Numbered from the whole stretch's first letter, positions 44,485 through 58,028 are shown. The stretch: 62,628 nucleotides of DNA, filler included, from 14 parts of 14 records of this genome joined end to end with filler, not necessarily neighbours in it, one strand, 5' to 3'. Notes: generated by a model from the sequence alone, not told the origin. Translations and numbers: made by a program.

Positions 44485-45654
44485 TCAAGTACTTAATTGG
44501 TTAACAAACTTTGATTCAAATACGAAAGCAGCCCCATCACCTTGATGGAATCCATCGGCACCAACTACAATAGTCCTGCCCGCAACAGCAACCGAGGAGC
44601 CGAAAAACGCGCCAGCGGGCAAGCCTTCCGGTCTGATCCTTTGCTGCAACGTTGCTACCACCCCGCGATGTTGCATCTGTAGCGTGTATTCGTAGGCTAC
44701 CCCGCTGCTCTCCTCCTGCCATGCGCCGACCAGCAGCACCGCCTCCATGCCCACAGCCTGCAGGGCCAACGCAGAGCCAAAGTTGCCTGCGCTCGAGCGG
44801 TTCGGAGGTCTGAGCTCGACTTGCTGCCATGGCTCCTCACCAATCCGGCTGAAGAGATGCACAGCGCCTCCCCCACCGGCTGCAAAGCCAGCCCCGACCG
44901 CCAGCAGCGCATGCCCGCTGGCCAAGCTGCAGGCGGCAACCTGCGACCCGAAATAGTCGCCCGGGCTGCCGTTGGCTGCGCTGAGCATCTCGGGCGAGTG
45001 CAGCTGGCTCTTACGGTAGACAAGCACACGGCCCGTGGTGTTGGCCGCGTGGTTGGCTCCAACAGCCATGAACTCGCCCGCCGCCGCAACTGAGATCCCG
45101 AAATTATCCCCATCGGCCAGCTCAGCGGGGCAGTCCAGCACGACAGGCTCGTGGCCCCACGAGCCGGCGGCACGCTCGTACAGGTAGGCCATCCCTCGGC
45201 CGGCGCCTGCGGGGGCGCCCACCAGCAACCGCCGGCCGGACGATGCCTCTAGAGCCAGCGAGGAGCCAAAGAAGCCGCTTGCGGCACCGTGTTTCGGCTG
45301 CAGGCTGCCGATCGGCGTGGTATGGTTGAATAGGTAGACCGCACCGATTTGGGCTGGCCGATTGTACTGGGCGCCGATCGCGAGCGTGCGGCCGGCAACC
45401 GCCATGGCGCATCCAAAGTTGGCGCCTGCTGGGGCTGGCGAGAGCAGGCCCAGTCGGGAGCCCGAGCGGGGGTCGAACAGCGTGGCGCTCCCGGTCCCGT
45501 TGTTGTCCAAAAAGGCACCGGCCAGAACAGTGACCCGGTCGAGGGCGGCCACCGCGGTGCCCAGGTTAGCCCCGACTGACCGGTTCGGGAACGGACGAAG
45601 CACGGTGCACCAGCTGGCCTGCACTAGGCAGACAGCCAGCAGTGCACCTCTCAT
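44485..45654 (-). CDS. Secreted FG-GAP (integrin-alpha-type) beta-propeller protein
   Basis: Signal MRGALLAVCLVQASWC; about seven FG-x-AV...GA repeats (FGCAMAV..IGA, FGSSLAL..VGAP, FGISVAA..VGA, FGSSVAV..VGA). Confidence 0.88.
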   Translation of the reverse strand: MRGALLAVCLVQASWCTVLRPFPNRSVGANLGTAVAALDRVTVLAGAFLDNNGTGSATLFDPRSGSRLGLLSPAPAGANFGCAMAVAGRTLAIGAQYNRPAQIGAVYLFNHTTPIGSLQPKHGAASGFFGSSLALEASSGRRLLVGAPAGAGRGMAYLYERAAGSWGHEPVVLDCPAELADGDNFGISVAAAGEFMAVGANHAANTTGRVLVYRKSQLHSPEMLSAANGSPGDYFGSQVAACSLASGHALLAVGAGFAAGGGGAVHLFSRIGEEPWQQVELRPPNRSSAGNFGSALALQAVGMEAVLLVGAWQEESSGVAYEYTLQMQHRGVVATLQQRIRPEGLPAGAFFGSSVAVAGRTIVVGADGFHQGDGAAFVFESKFVNQLST

Positions 45655-45787
45655 CACCACCTCCAGCCGAGGAGGGACTCCAGCCGAGTGTTGTTGTCGT
45701 TAGCCGTCCCAGTACTTGTAAATACTTGGAGCAGGCCACTCTGCCGCCACTGCTTGAGAATGTTCCTGACGTCGTCGTAGGCCGCAC

Positions 45788-46146
45788 CTAGGCCGCACCG
45801 TGGGCAGCACAGGCCTTCGGGATGCTTCGTTGCTCGCCTGCGTTGTATGCCGCCGCCGCGGCTGCCGCCCGCTGCGTTTCGGCCTCCCGGGCTGCCCTCT
45901 CGTTGTAACCAGCAGCGACTATGTTCTGCAAGGCCATCGACACTGCCGCGCGTTCACTCTCCCTCATTAAATCGTAGTGCCGCAGCGATGTTCGCTGCAG
46001 CCACCCTCCATGCCCTTGGAGAACCCCGTCCCGGACAGCCTCCGCCGACGCACTTGAGCATTGAGCGAATCGGGGTTGATCAGGAGCACAAACAGGTCTC
46101 GATTCTTGCCGTTCCCGTGGCGGGTACACATGTCGCTGACTGTTGG
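45788..46146 (-). CDS. 3' fragment of a hypothetical protein
   Basis: Open frame with an Ala-rich helical end; 5' end cut by the linker. Confidence 0.35.
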
Positions 46147-46409
46147 NNNNNNNNNNNNNNNNNNNNNNNNNNNNNNNNNNNNNNNNNNNNTTAATTAATT
46201 AANNNNNNNNNNNNNNNNNNNNNNNNNNNNNNNNNNNNNNNNNNNNGTACGAGTACGGTAATGATTAATGAAACGCGTTCAAGTAATCAAAGCCTGGCCC
46301 TAGGGCTCATGTGAAACTGTGCTCACATGACACGCGCATTTTCATAGCCCGGGTCAGTCCGGGCTTGATCACCATGAACCGAGAAGACGCCGGTGCCCGC
46401 TCCTAACTA

Positions 46410-46885
46410 TAGTCTGTACGTACCACTCCGGGGGCAGCGCTCAGATCGCACTGCGGCCAGCCCGGCCAGCCCGGTCCAGCAGCTCTAGCGCGCACGCTGG
46501 CAGGGCGCGGTGCTAGCGAGCACCGCAGCCTGGGCGCTGGACAAAACCGGTGCGCCCGGAGCGCCGGCTAGCTCAGCCGGCGGCCGCGCCTCTTCTCGCG
46601 GGAGGGCGAGGGCGGGGGCATGTCATCGCCGTGGGGTAGCCTCTTCAGCCCGAGCATCTCGCGCACCTGCCCCGTGTCGGCGGGCCGGTGGACCGGACGG
46701 TACCAGCGGGATGTTGCACAGGAAAGACCGCCACAGCACCAGCCAGCCTGGCCCAGGCTCCCGCCGGCGGGCAGCCCGGGCGCACCGAGCGCGACGGCCG
46801 CCAGCATGATCAGCCCGGCGCCCCCGACCCGCACCAGCAAGTCCCACACCAGCCCGACCGGCGAAACGGGGCTTGCCTCAGGCAT
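46410..46885 (-). CDS. Small hypothetical membrane protein (probably spliced; 3' end uncertain)
   Basis: MPEASPVSPVGLVWDLLVRVGGAGLIMLAAVALG; divergent from ribophorin II with CCGTTG in the spacer. Confidence 0.4.
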
Positions 46886-46982
46886 CGAAGCTGATGAGTC
46901 CGTTGTTTTTCGGTGCCCCCGTGAGCACTCGACCACCAGCAGGGCCCGAGGCGCCCGAACTCAGTAGTCCTACGACAGCCAG

Positions 46983-49705
46983 ATGCGCTGGCTGGCGGGC
47001 CTGCTGGCACTGTGCGCAGTCGGCAGCCCGGCGCCGTCCGGGTTCTTCTCCCAATTCGACCGGGCCGGATACAGCGAGATGGCCAGCCGGGGCCTGGTGC
47101 CCGGCCGCCCGGCCGCCCGCCAGCCGGGGGCAGACCGGTGATGCTGAGACGGTGCACTTCGCCGTGTCGCTCCTGTCGCTGTTCAAGGCTCGAGTCCCTG
47201 ACACCGCCGCCGCCTGCAGGTCCGCCCTCCCGCTGGGGTGAGCCGACTGGGCCGCAGCTCCGCCCGGGCGGCCCTGCAACACCCTGCTGACCTGCAGAGG
47301 ATCTACTACGGAGCCTCTATCAACCAAGCGCTGGGCTGCGGCGCTACCCCAACTGCGGAGGTCTCGGGGATGCTCAGCAGACAGGCAGCCGGTGTGCCGG
47401 CCGCTGGCTGTGCCTGAGGGGCGACGCAGACCTGGCGGCGGACGTGCGGCCCACCGAGGCATTCTTCGTCACCGAGGCGCTGATACTCACCCAGGGCGAC
47501 ACCAGTGCGTTGAAGGGGCTCGTCCAGCAGGTGCGCTGGCTGCAGCTGCCAGTTGACGGGCTGGCGACACAGATCAGTAGATTGCAGCAAGCTAATGGAG
47601 GTTTCAACTCGGTGCTAGAAACAGGGTGAGTCGGCGGGATGGGGTAGTAATCTACTAAGGTGAGAGGTTGCTGCGCTTGATATTGTGTCGACAGATTTGC
47701 GCTGGCCACGCTGGCTAGCCTGTTTCGACTGGGACTTGATTCAGATCAGATGGATCTAGTACTGCAGCTGTGCGACCGGTGATGCCCAGCCATAGCACCT
47801 GCCCTGAACCAGCAGTTAGGTTGCCTGGCATCACGCAGTCGGGCCTGTCGAGTGAACAAGGTGGGCTGCGCTTCGTTGATGCAAATGGTGACCTATCGCT
47901 GTACGCCACTGCACTCATCACACAGAGGTTTGCTGCTATGGCCTTGTGAACAGCTGATGAGCCGTTCGGCAGTGCACTGAATCTATGCAAGTCGGCTGGC
48001 GTGGATCCTGTGTTCAATCCTGTACAGGTGAATGCAGATCAGTGGCTGGTGCCTAGCTGAGCCTGGGTTGCAGCTAGGAGCAATTGCTCAATTTATGCTA
48101 GACTACAAAGATTCGCCACAGACTCTCCGACAGGCTGCATCGGTTGCGTCCACCTTGGTCTTACTGAACAGCTATGACGTGAGCAGTTTTCTAGATTACG
48201 ATTTCTCACTCTGAGTTTGTGCAGCTTAAAGCAGTCACCCTGCAGAACGCACACGGATTGCAGCTGGGTAAGGCGCAGTGCGTCCAGAGTAACCGACCGT
48301 TGCTCTAGGCAGTGATCGGCTGCTCCAAGTTGATGTGACTGATCTTCTTGGCCATCCAGTGCCTGACTGCACAGTCACTGCAGCCTCGGTGTGCACTCGA
48401 CGCTACTCTTTGCTGAAAACATTCAGGTGATAGCTGGTACTTCGGACGAGAAGGTTGCCAGCGGCCTACGGCTAGTGCGAGCAGATACCGCTTCGGCGAG
48501 CCATCTACTGGACCTTCCAGAAAGCGTGCACAGCTCCTCTGCAAAGCCAGAGGTGTACATTCTGGAGCTTGAAGTATCTATTGGCGAGACTGAGCCTACT
48601 CTAGTGGAGAGGATGGTCAAGGCAACCAGCCACTTGGAGCTCTCAGCTGACCAGTGTGCATCAGGTGTCGGTGTCGTGCTCGGTCTTGATGGTGGAGCTT
48701 CGGCTTGCTGATACAAAGGAGCTCCTGCAGAGCACGACCTCAATACAAATACAGCGGGGTGAAGCATCCCCGGATTTGGAGGTGCAAACAAAAAATCTGC
48801 TTGTATTTGCTTACATTCTGACTAGGCGCACGGGAGTCAGTGGCTAGAAGTTGCGTTCCAGTTGGTCTGTGACAGTGCGCCTGCATTTCAACCACACCAG
48901 GTGACCACCCAGCTATAACCAACCACAGCTCATTTGGTGGCTAAGATTATGTTGCGATTCCACAATCATGAAAATGGACTCGAGGCTATAGTAGCAGCGC
49001 AGGTCTTAGAACTCAATCAACCCACAGTAATCACCTGTGACAGCCACTGTCAACTGGACGACGCTGGAGCGCAGTCACGCTCGTGGAGGATCTGAGTTCC
49101 GTCGTTGGACACAAGCCTGGGCGCCATGATCTCACGCTTCTGCTTGGTGACAGCTGCCTGGTCTGCACAATGTGACTGTCGCTTTTAGGGGACATGTTCC
49201 TGCACCCAGCAACTGAATGGCATCTGGCGGTGCTTGATCTCAGCTTTGACAACACGAGGCCTGCAGTAAGCCCAAACGCGCCAGTGATGCATGCACAGCC
49301 AACCCTAGAGTTCCGACCGAGCCTTGTCCCCGCGCCTCGCCCGCCATGGTGGGCTGCACTGCTCGCTACAGGTATTCCTGCAAAACTTACGAAAGTGTGA
49401 CTCCTGTGGGCGGAACAGGGCTGTGCCTGTTCCCATTTGGAGTGTTTGTCAGCAGCTGCCGTGTGTTGAATCTGGACAGACTCTTGGGTCTTCAGCATGC
49501 CGCATTGGGCCTTGCAGTGGCATTTCAAGTTAGCATTCTGTTCTTTGGGTTGATAAGCTGGTGGTACTGGCTCGGGCTCAGTCTAGCACAAGCAGCTATG
49601 TATCTTGTGCCAATGCTTGGATTTAGTGTATTGGTGGGTGGGAAGCACATCATGCAAATGCAAAGTACGCGAAGTACAGCCAAGGTTGAGACGAAAACCA
49701 GTTGA
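46983..49705 (+). CDS. RPN2: Ribophorin II / SWP1 (oligosaccharyltransferase subunit), intron-rich
   Basis: Signal MRWLAGLLALCAVGSPA; ETVHFAVSLLSLFKARVPDTAAAC; HDLTLLLGD...EWHLAVLDL; RPPWWAALLAT; C-terminal TMs FQVSILFFGLISWWYWLGLSLAQAAMYL...LVGGKHI resemble ribophorin II. Confidence 0.7.
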
Positions 49706-50101
49706 CTTCCGAATCGCCGCATTGAATTCAAGCACACTTCCGTTGAATACGGTACACTTGGAACCTAATCCTTCTTTTGGAGAAGACCAACGTACTATTG
49801 CTCATATTTACAAGTCTCGACAAAACAGCTTTTATAATTATATTCCCAAAATCCGACATACGTACAGTACTAAACCTTTACAATCNNNNNNNNNNNNNNN
49901 NNNNNNNNNNNNNNNNNNNNNNNNNNNNNTTAATTAATTAANNNNNNNNNNNNNNNNNNNNNNNNNNNNNNNNNNNNNNNNNNNNAGGCATTTTCTCGAG
50001 TTTTCAGTTAGCTTTGAACCAGTTTGTTTATCCTCGTTTTTAACCCTACTCAGCCACATAGCTATAATTATACAATCATGATTATACAATCATGTACCTT
50101 G

Positions 50102-51558
50102 TCATCGCGCTGACAGACGCTTCCAAAGAGGGGCTACTCTGGAGGCTTCTCCACATTATTTATGGCTTCATGCTTCTCAAGGAATAGACAAAGGTGTGCT
50201 GCAAGCTCCTCAGCCTCGGACCGATTAAAGTCAAACTTTGTCCACAACACCTATGTAACAATTACTGATCAGATGCACAATCATTGAAATCAAACACCGG
50301 CAGTTGCTGAGGTTTAGCAGTCTCGACCACAAAGCAGGTGATCCGCTGCCGCTCAGTGGCTACACCAAGCGTTCTCAGCCACATAGTCTAAGGCTAGCCA
50401 CAAACCACACCTGCACACTGCAGCGCACCACATGGAGACTTCCGCCACTCAACTTCCAAAGAGACAGTCTCAGTCAACGCGTCACACAACTTTCTCTCTA
50501 GGGCTGGCGCCTCCACCTGCTCCAGTAATTGAACAAAATGATTCGTTCAACTGAAACCTTGGAGCCGCTCCAGTAATTGTCAGTCTGTTGCTCCATCATT
50601 CTTTCATAAGCGGCGAGCGAAGCGCCGGACATGGCTTTAGGCTCACGCCCTGCCAGGTGCTCTCGGCGGCGCTCAAGCAGCTCCTCCTACCACAGGGCGT
50701 CCTCAGCCATACACAGGTTATGAGCTATTGCCAAGCTGAGTCACAGATTCGCTACCTGGAGAGCTGTGTCGACTTCGAGATGTGAATTGTCCGGTGGAGG
50801 CACATAACCGATGATCTTGGCCGCCGCGGAGTGCACATCAAGTACGAGGTTGTAACCGCCCTAGCGTTGGGGTTGTTCATATTTACCACCTTATGGACAC
50901 CTCCAACAGCAGCTTGGTCACTGCTTGGGTCTCAGCCTCGCTTTCCGCACATTTGCCCTGGAAGTTCTGCGATGTTGGATCTGTCGAGGCTCGTTCCCCG
51001 TGACCTGAAGTCGGAGATTAGTAAGCGGCGTACACAGACTGAAGACCCCAGCCGATTCCGAAGTTTCTGTTGAGGTCAACGTGATTGCCGTTACCTGATT
51101 ACGCAATTACTAATGACGAAATAAATGGTAACCACGCCAGGCTCTGTGGATCAGCGACAGCTCATAGCCGTCAGGATTGATCATCGGGAGGAAATCTACT
51201 CGTGTGTGCTCTCCGCAACAAGTGGGGCTACTGAACAGTTGATGGATCATCGAGTGAACAGTCAATATAGCCTGAACAAGCACCGAAAACGTCACAAAAT
51301 AAGATGACACTGACGATAGACACGAGGATTTACAAGTAGTCCACTCACATGCCACTCTCTTGGGTGCAGCCCGCCCACCACTAGCACCCGATGCTTCTCC
51401 CGCCGCACGCTGTGGCAGCAAACGCGATACAAAGGCAGCTGAGCTACCTCTGAGGCCCCAACAATGTCCACAGCCGCCCGGCCTCCAATGTCAGACGCCT
51501 GTCCGAGTAGCGGTGCCATCAACTCATCAAATGAACCTGACCCAGCGCTCTCGGCCAT
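50102..51558 (-). CDS. M14 zinc carboxypeptidase (multi-exon)
   Basis: VLVVGGLHPREW (HxxE), LPMINPDGY, HVDLNRNF, ASTDPTSQNFQG..ESEAETQAV, LVLDVHS; 3' end approximate. Confidence 0.78.
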
Positions 51559-51577
51559 ATCTCAATGCTCAGTCATT

Positions 51578-53192
51578 CTCAGCCACAATCACCTGCTAGA
51601 GTGGCCTGCTGGGCGGCCTTTTGTGACTCGCTTGCGGCGTTCTGCCACTCTTTGGTCGTGATGTCCATAAACCGCGGCAACCCTGACAGATTTATAATCG
51701 ATGATGATATAAGAATATGCCTCGCATCTGCAGGTGGCACGCCAGCAGAGACTGTGCGACTGCCGAGCTCACTTGCGCTGCAGCAGATCTGATCGCGATT
51801 GGCTTGCCGGCCGTTTCGATCCGTTGCCTCTTTCCTGCCTCCGCCGCGAGCCGGTGGGCTTGCAGTACAGCAACCTGCGCCTCAGTCGGCTCCATTTTGG
51901 TTGGCGCTGCTGCTTTCTTTTTTGTGGAAAAAAACTCCTCTATTCGAAGCCTTTCTTGCTCGTTTGGCGGCTTGAGGTGTTTGATCGCGGTCAGATTGTA
52001 CCTGCGTTCACAGCAACTATGATACAAGCACATCAAGCAATACAAGTGATAATGATACAGACCGTTTGGCCAATGCCGCCTCGGAAGCAACCCTGCGTCT
52101 TTCTCGTCGCTCGGCTGTGCTTTGGCTCCTTGCTATAGCGATTGATTTGTGGTTTGAAGGATCGATTGTTTGACCAGCGCTTGACAAGTTCATTGAACTG
52201 TCTGACATAGAATCAGTTGCACGGCTTTCAGGCTTGTGTGTATCTGTCTGACTCTGTCCTCTGATTCTGCCCTCAGCTAGCGTTGTGGCTGTTGGAGTGG
52301 GCTGGCTCTGCACCCTTGATCCCATTGGGGGGGAACCAAGCTCTGATGCATCACAGGGGTGCGTACCATGCTTTTGTCCGGTTGGGACTTGGGCGCCCGT
52401 TTGATTATTTCTCGCAGGCCGCATCGTTGCCCTACGCCCACCGTCCGGTGAGTTGCCCAACGACCCCGAATTCGGTGCGTGGCTCTCCGCAGAGCTGTCA
52501 CTGTGTGTTGCAACACTCGCGAGCGCCCCCTCCTTGGCTGCCTTTCCCCTCGCTTCTAGCTCAGCCACTCTCGCCTTGGCAGCCCTAGCCTCATCAGCAG
52601 ACACTCTTCCCGTGGTGGCCCTAGCACCCTTGATCTCTCCTGCAGTGATTTCCAGTCCCCTGAGCCATGCCACCCAGTCGTCGGCTGAAGTGACAGTTGA
52701 CTTAAGCCGCCGATCGCCGTCCCTCGGGCCAACCATCTGCGCAACTTCCCACTGAAGCAACGCAACATCGGCGGCCGTGTCCGCATCACCATCCTGTGCG
52801 GCTGACGCTACAGCAGCAGGATCAGTGGCCGGCTGCATGCTGGTTTCGTTGTCGCAACCGCCGCCGTCATCGGCACTAAGCTCTGGACTCATTTCAGAGC
52901 GATTACCGGGGCGAGTGCTCGGGAGGTCTCCTCCCCTCGACGTGTCCCCGAACGGGCATCCTGCAGTCTCAGGCTCAGCCCCTGTCTCCAGTGCAGCAGA
53001 GGCGGAGGCGGTCATCTGTCCAGTGGCTGGTGTCTCGTCGTCCCTCTCCGTCGATGGATCCGGAATGCAGCCCCCCTCGACCGGCGGAGTGCCGATCTCG
53101 CCTGGATTCGGCAGCTCGTCGGTGGGATTCCTGGAATCGCCAGCCCCGGCCGGTGCGGTGCCCGCCCCCGAAACGCTGAGTGCCGTCGCCAT
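51578..53192 (-). CDS. Hypothetical low-complexity/coiled-coil protein (multi-exon; may be spliced onto the M14 domain)
   Basis: 391-aa ORF 52017-53192 continued by 51692-52090 and a further exon GLPRFMDITTKEWQN; both ends uncertain. Confidence 0.5.
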
Positions 53193-53614
53193 CTGCTCAA
53201 ACCACGCAAAGCGCCGGGCCTCGGACGATTCAACAGGTTGAGGCCCAGCGGCGAAGAACCTGTCCGCGTACTTAGAAAGTCGATTTCCTCGAAGGGCTGC
53301 AATTCATCTGTTGGGCTGCGGCGTACCGGGTGAGGTGTGATCGAAAGCGGTCCCTCACTACCTGTGGTTTGGGCTCAGACATGCGTGGTTCAGGTTGACC
53401 ACGCAGTAGATTGAGCAGGCAGTGTCCTTGGTCACCGGTGAGCAGCACAGTAGCCGTCACGCAGAATTTTGCCGCCCCTCGACGCNNNNNNNNNNNNNNN
53501 NNNNNNNNNNNNNNNNNNNNNNNNNNNNNTTAATTAATTAANNNNNNNNNNNNNNNNNNNNNNNNNNNNNNNNNNNNNNNNNNNNTTTAATGAACTGAAT
53601 ATCATCTAATATCA

Positions 53615-56600
53615 TCATTTCCGTTCGATGAGGTTGTACCGCTCTGCGAACGCTTTGATCTTCGGCCTGGCGTACTTCAGCCCGATTCCAAATATCTCGT
53701 CAAACTTTTTGAACTCCAGCGTGCTGAACTCATCGACCGGAGGCTTCAGGTAAAGGTCTGCGAGCTCTGCCATCTCCTTCGTGTGTCTGCACAGCCGTCA
53801 GCGCCCAGCGGGCGGGGCCAACTGGATTCACCGCGTGGAGGAAACATAGAGCAGCTCGCCAGCCACGTCGCCTTGAGTGGGCACGTTCATGGTCCGAACA
53901 AACGGATTCAGCTTTGTGCGCAGAACTTGCCAGCCTGCACTCTCATTAAGCTGACAATCAGTCAGTCAAAAGTGCAGCACCAGATAAGGAGTGGCCGAAA
54001 TCATCAAAGCCAGTGGCCGACGCGCCACCAACGTCGACTGCAATGACCACAGCGGCTCCGCATGATTTCATGTGCTGCACGGGCAGGTTGTCCAAGTAGC
54101 CTGGCGGGCAAAGGATCAGTGAGGCGCAGCTAGCATAGACCTCCGTCCAACAACATCTGGCCATTCTCGGCAATTGGTGGCATGTAGCCCTGAAGAGTCA
54201 TCGAGGCCCTGCTGTACTTCCAGAGTGGTCCGGTGTGATGGTAATGGATGCAGTGGTTGAGAATATCAGTTGAGGTGCAGAAATAGGGGATGAGCAAGTC
54301 CTGTATCTGCTGGTCCTTGCCAAACGCCTCTTGCAGTCCGTTGTTGAGCGCCTTCCCAGTAAAGTAAGCCGTCAGGGGCAAGGTGAGGTCCATAAGTTGA
54401 TTCCACAAGCTGCCAAACGACCTGCATCATAAGCTGTCAAGCCCTGACGGTGCGGGCATGTGTACAGGCAGAGCGCTTGGCATTCGTCTTTAAAGGTCGG
54501 GTAGTCGTCAGGGATCTTGGCAAACCTAGCCCGGCATCTCAGGCAAGCGGCAAGCTTGGCTGGTACATTCCACCAATCGCAGATCCAATCGACGAGCCCC
54601 CCACCTGGTTGTTGCTGAGCCAAGCCGATGGCGCACGCACCATGTCCACGCAGATCCCTAACTCCTTGAGTACTTGGATCACAGCCACGTGTGCCACCCC
54701 ACGTGCGCCACCGCCTGCCAGTAACTCTGAACAGATCAAACCGCATTCAAAGCACCTCCCAGCACTAGTCCGATTGCACATCCCGTCACGCGCCGGGCGA
54801 GCCGTTTCATGTCTGATATTTGCTTTTCTTTGTCCATCACTCGAATGTGGTGGAACATCCGAACCTAACCCGGCCTCTCAAGAGCCAGCGGCTCATGATG
54901 ATCACCTGCCAATTGCTTCCGCCGAACGCTATCTCAGGATCGTCAGCCTCATCCTGGGGGTCTTGCCGACCAAGCATGTGGTTCAGATGAGACTCAAGCT
55001 TCCGCCGAAGACGCTCCGACCCGCGTTTCCACTGCTGGCGCATCTTCTCCATTTTCTGAACGGTCCGACTCTCTCGCACGCGCTGTATTGCTCGGTCCTT
55101 GAATGCCTTGAGGTCCATGAGGTTCGCCATCGACGCTGACCGGCCTTTGCTCCGAGCGCGGGGTCGCACTGGTAGCGACTGGCCTTGCACCTGCTCGGCC
55201 GAATCAGCGGGGCGTTGCTTGGCTGTGGGCGGCACCTCGTCATTGTGGTGCAGCAGCACCAGCTCGATGCGGACCTACATCAAGCGCTCTCAGGCCACAA
55301 ATTCTACGGCCGGGCCGCTCTCAGGCCACAGATACCTGCATCGTGAGCCAGGCCTTGTCCAAAAAGTCGTTGATATAATCGAGTGAGTACTCACCAAACT
55401 CATCAAGCACGAGCAGCACGCAGTCGGCCTACCCCAGTCAGCCACTAGACACACGAGCAAGCACCTGCCGAATACAAAATTTGGTCCACGGAGTGCCGCC
55501 GTTGTCCGCTTCGTACACAACTAGCTGGTTAGATTCCTCAGCCTGATTCAACCAGTCGGTCATCTGAGCGTACTTGCGCGCATTCTTGAAGCAGTCGACC
55601 CCAATCGTGTCGCTCACCAGCTGCGAGTCCACATGTTGTGCCGGGCCGATAGTCTCATTGAGCATATCTGTCAGCGCTCCAGCGAACCAGCTCTTGTGAA
55701 AAGTCTGTCCGGCACGCACCACCTGCAGCCACATCACCGTCCGAATCCTGACGAGAGCGCACCGCGATAGTGGCCACGCTCAGCTGAGGCACAAGCTTCT
55801 CGGGTCTCACGTCCTTGAGGTTGCAGCCCAGGGCCAGCTGAGCCAGCTCAGCGGATGGCCCGTTGTCGGGATTGCGCATCTGGCAAGCGGCGAACTTGGT
55901 CAAATGTTCAGCGCTGCCAGGGAACGACGCAATCGCCGCTCGAACTACCTGCGCCCAGCCCACTCAGTCGACTTTCCGGACCCGACCGGCCACCGTGTCG
56001 GGAACTGTGACCAGCTGCGAGTCGCGTACTGCATACGTCCGCATCTGGCTTGCCTGGTCCCACCTCTCAAACTGGCCAATCCCTAGCGGCACCTGGCACG
56101 CTAGGAGCTCCACCACACCCACACACACGCCACGACGGTGATTCCGACGGACCGTACCGCCCAGCTCGCTCGGCGATCCCACATCTCGGCCCTGCTGTCC
56201 CCATGAGTAGGTTGGCCTCAGCTCGAGGGCACCGAGAACCATGCTCCGGCCCGCTCCGGGGTAGACCGGAGCAGCCCCGTCACAACAAAGTGCAGCGCGG
56301 TGACGTCCTGGCCCAGCTCGAGCACGGTCTGCCCGCAGGTCATCCGCGCCCGGCCCGGGCGGCTGCCTGTGAGGCCTTCACTCGCGCCCACACCAAGTGC
56401 CTCTCTATGGCGTAGACTGCGGGTGTCATTTGGCGCAAGGATGAGCGCGCCAGCCGGAGCCATATAGTCGGGTCCAGCTCAGCTGCGGCCTCGAACCCGG
56501 CGCGAGCTAGATAAACGGCCTCGGAGGGCTGCTCGGCTAGGATCGGGTATGATGCTGCGTTGTTTGCGATCAGAGCCAGCGAGCCTGCAGTAAGAGCCTA

Positions 56601-58028
56601 AGCAGGGCAGCTGGGCAGCCCACCAATGACTGAGCCGGGCCCGCCGCGACGGTGCCTTTTCTGCTCGCAGCCTTGGGCCACCACCAGCCCTGCCCGGCCT
56701 CTTAGCGCCGAGGCTCGTGACAAGCGGGGACCCGATACTATGACCGCCATAGCGCACTCGTCACTAGCAAGCACCACCTCGCCAGGTTCTCGCCTGAGCT
56801 ATCCTCAGCACCAGCCGGCGGGCCCGGCGGACCGTCTGGTGATGGCGTGCTCTCTGAGCACACCCATTGCGTGGGAGTCTTGAGAGATCCCGATGGCGTC
56901 TGCAAGCATCGCGAGGCCCGTCGCCCTAGTCTCGGCTTGACTGATAGCGTCGCCCACAGTCGCAAACCCGAGTGTGGCCACCTCGTGGCGCATCCCGAGG
57001 ATGTTCGCCATAACAGCAAGGCTGCCCTTCCACGCTCGCTCGCAGCCCACCTACACGCTCGGTAAACCCCACCTACCCACGCAACCACCTGGCACAGCAC
57101 TGACATCTTCTGGGGCTGGCTGGCAAGCAACTCCCTGAGCAGCACTCCCGGGAGCCGCAGCAGCGTGCACGCCTCGACTGCCTTGGCCGCCACAACCACA
57201 GCGCCGGCTTGCTCACTCAGCCTCGGCTTTAACGGCTCAATCCCGTCAGCAAGCGCACACAAAAGACTCAACGCTGAGTTGACTATATCTCCCGGCTGGT
57301 AGAGCTTGGCCAGCCGGGGCGTGTCCACCGCCCCGCTGAACCCAGTGACCAGCTCCAGCTTGCCTTTCAGGACGACGACCAGATCGAGATGCGGCAGCTC
57401 CCAAGCAGCGCCCGCTTCGAGCTCTGTAGTTTCTATTCTTGGCTCGAGCAGCTCCAGAACCTGGTCGGTGTCGAAGTAGTTGAACAGGCCCCGCTCAAAC
57501 ACCCGGCACCGGCGCACCAGCTGGGCCACAGGGGCGGAGGAAAGGTCCGGCTCATCGTCGGGTGACGCCGATCGGAACTGCTGAACTTCTAACGACATCG
57601 CCCGACTCAGCCCCTCAGACTCGCGCGCACTGGGCGAATCCAGCGTCGGGTGCTCGGCCCGCCGCAGATTCCTGGGAACACTGGTACTCCTGCGGAGCTT
57701 GGCACCCGATCGGTTTCGGGGCGGTCTCACGTTACGCATTTGGACCCAGATCCTGCGGGCAAGTGAATGGCTGGCTGGGGGAGGGGGCGCACCAGATGGT
57801 GAACCCGGCCACAAGGCAGGCCGAGACCGCCCCAAACATGTACAGCGCGCCTCGGGCCCACAGTGCAAGCGCCAGCCGCTTCAGACGTTCAATCCTGCTC
57901 GTGACGGCCTGCGGCCACAGCGATCGGCAGCAGGCGAGCAGCAGCCCGAGCAGGCCGAGTATCAACAGCCGCCGCCGGACCGAGGAGCCCGACTTGCCGG
58001 AGCCCGGCGCTCTGGCGGTCGGTGGCAT
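53615..58028 (-). CDS. NTE1: NTE1/PNPLA6-7-type lysophospholipase (N-terminal TM, cNMP-binding-like domains, patatin domain), intron-rich
   Basis: Patatin GGGARG, VGGSSIG (GxSxG), WKYSRASMTL..MPP, LLDGG-YLDNLPV; cNMP-like LHFVVTGLLR and AVRDSQL; WTKFCIRQ. Confidence 0.85.

Noticed and set aside
49986-53485. Lower-GC contig resembling a mobile element or contaminant
   Set aside because: It encodes an intron-containing M14 carboxypeptidase; no RT, integrase or transposase motifs and no terminal repeats were seen.
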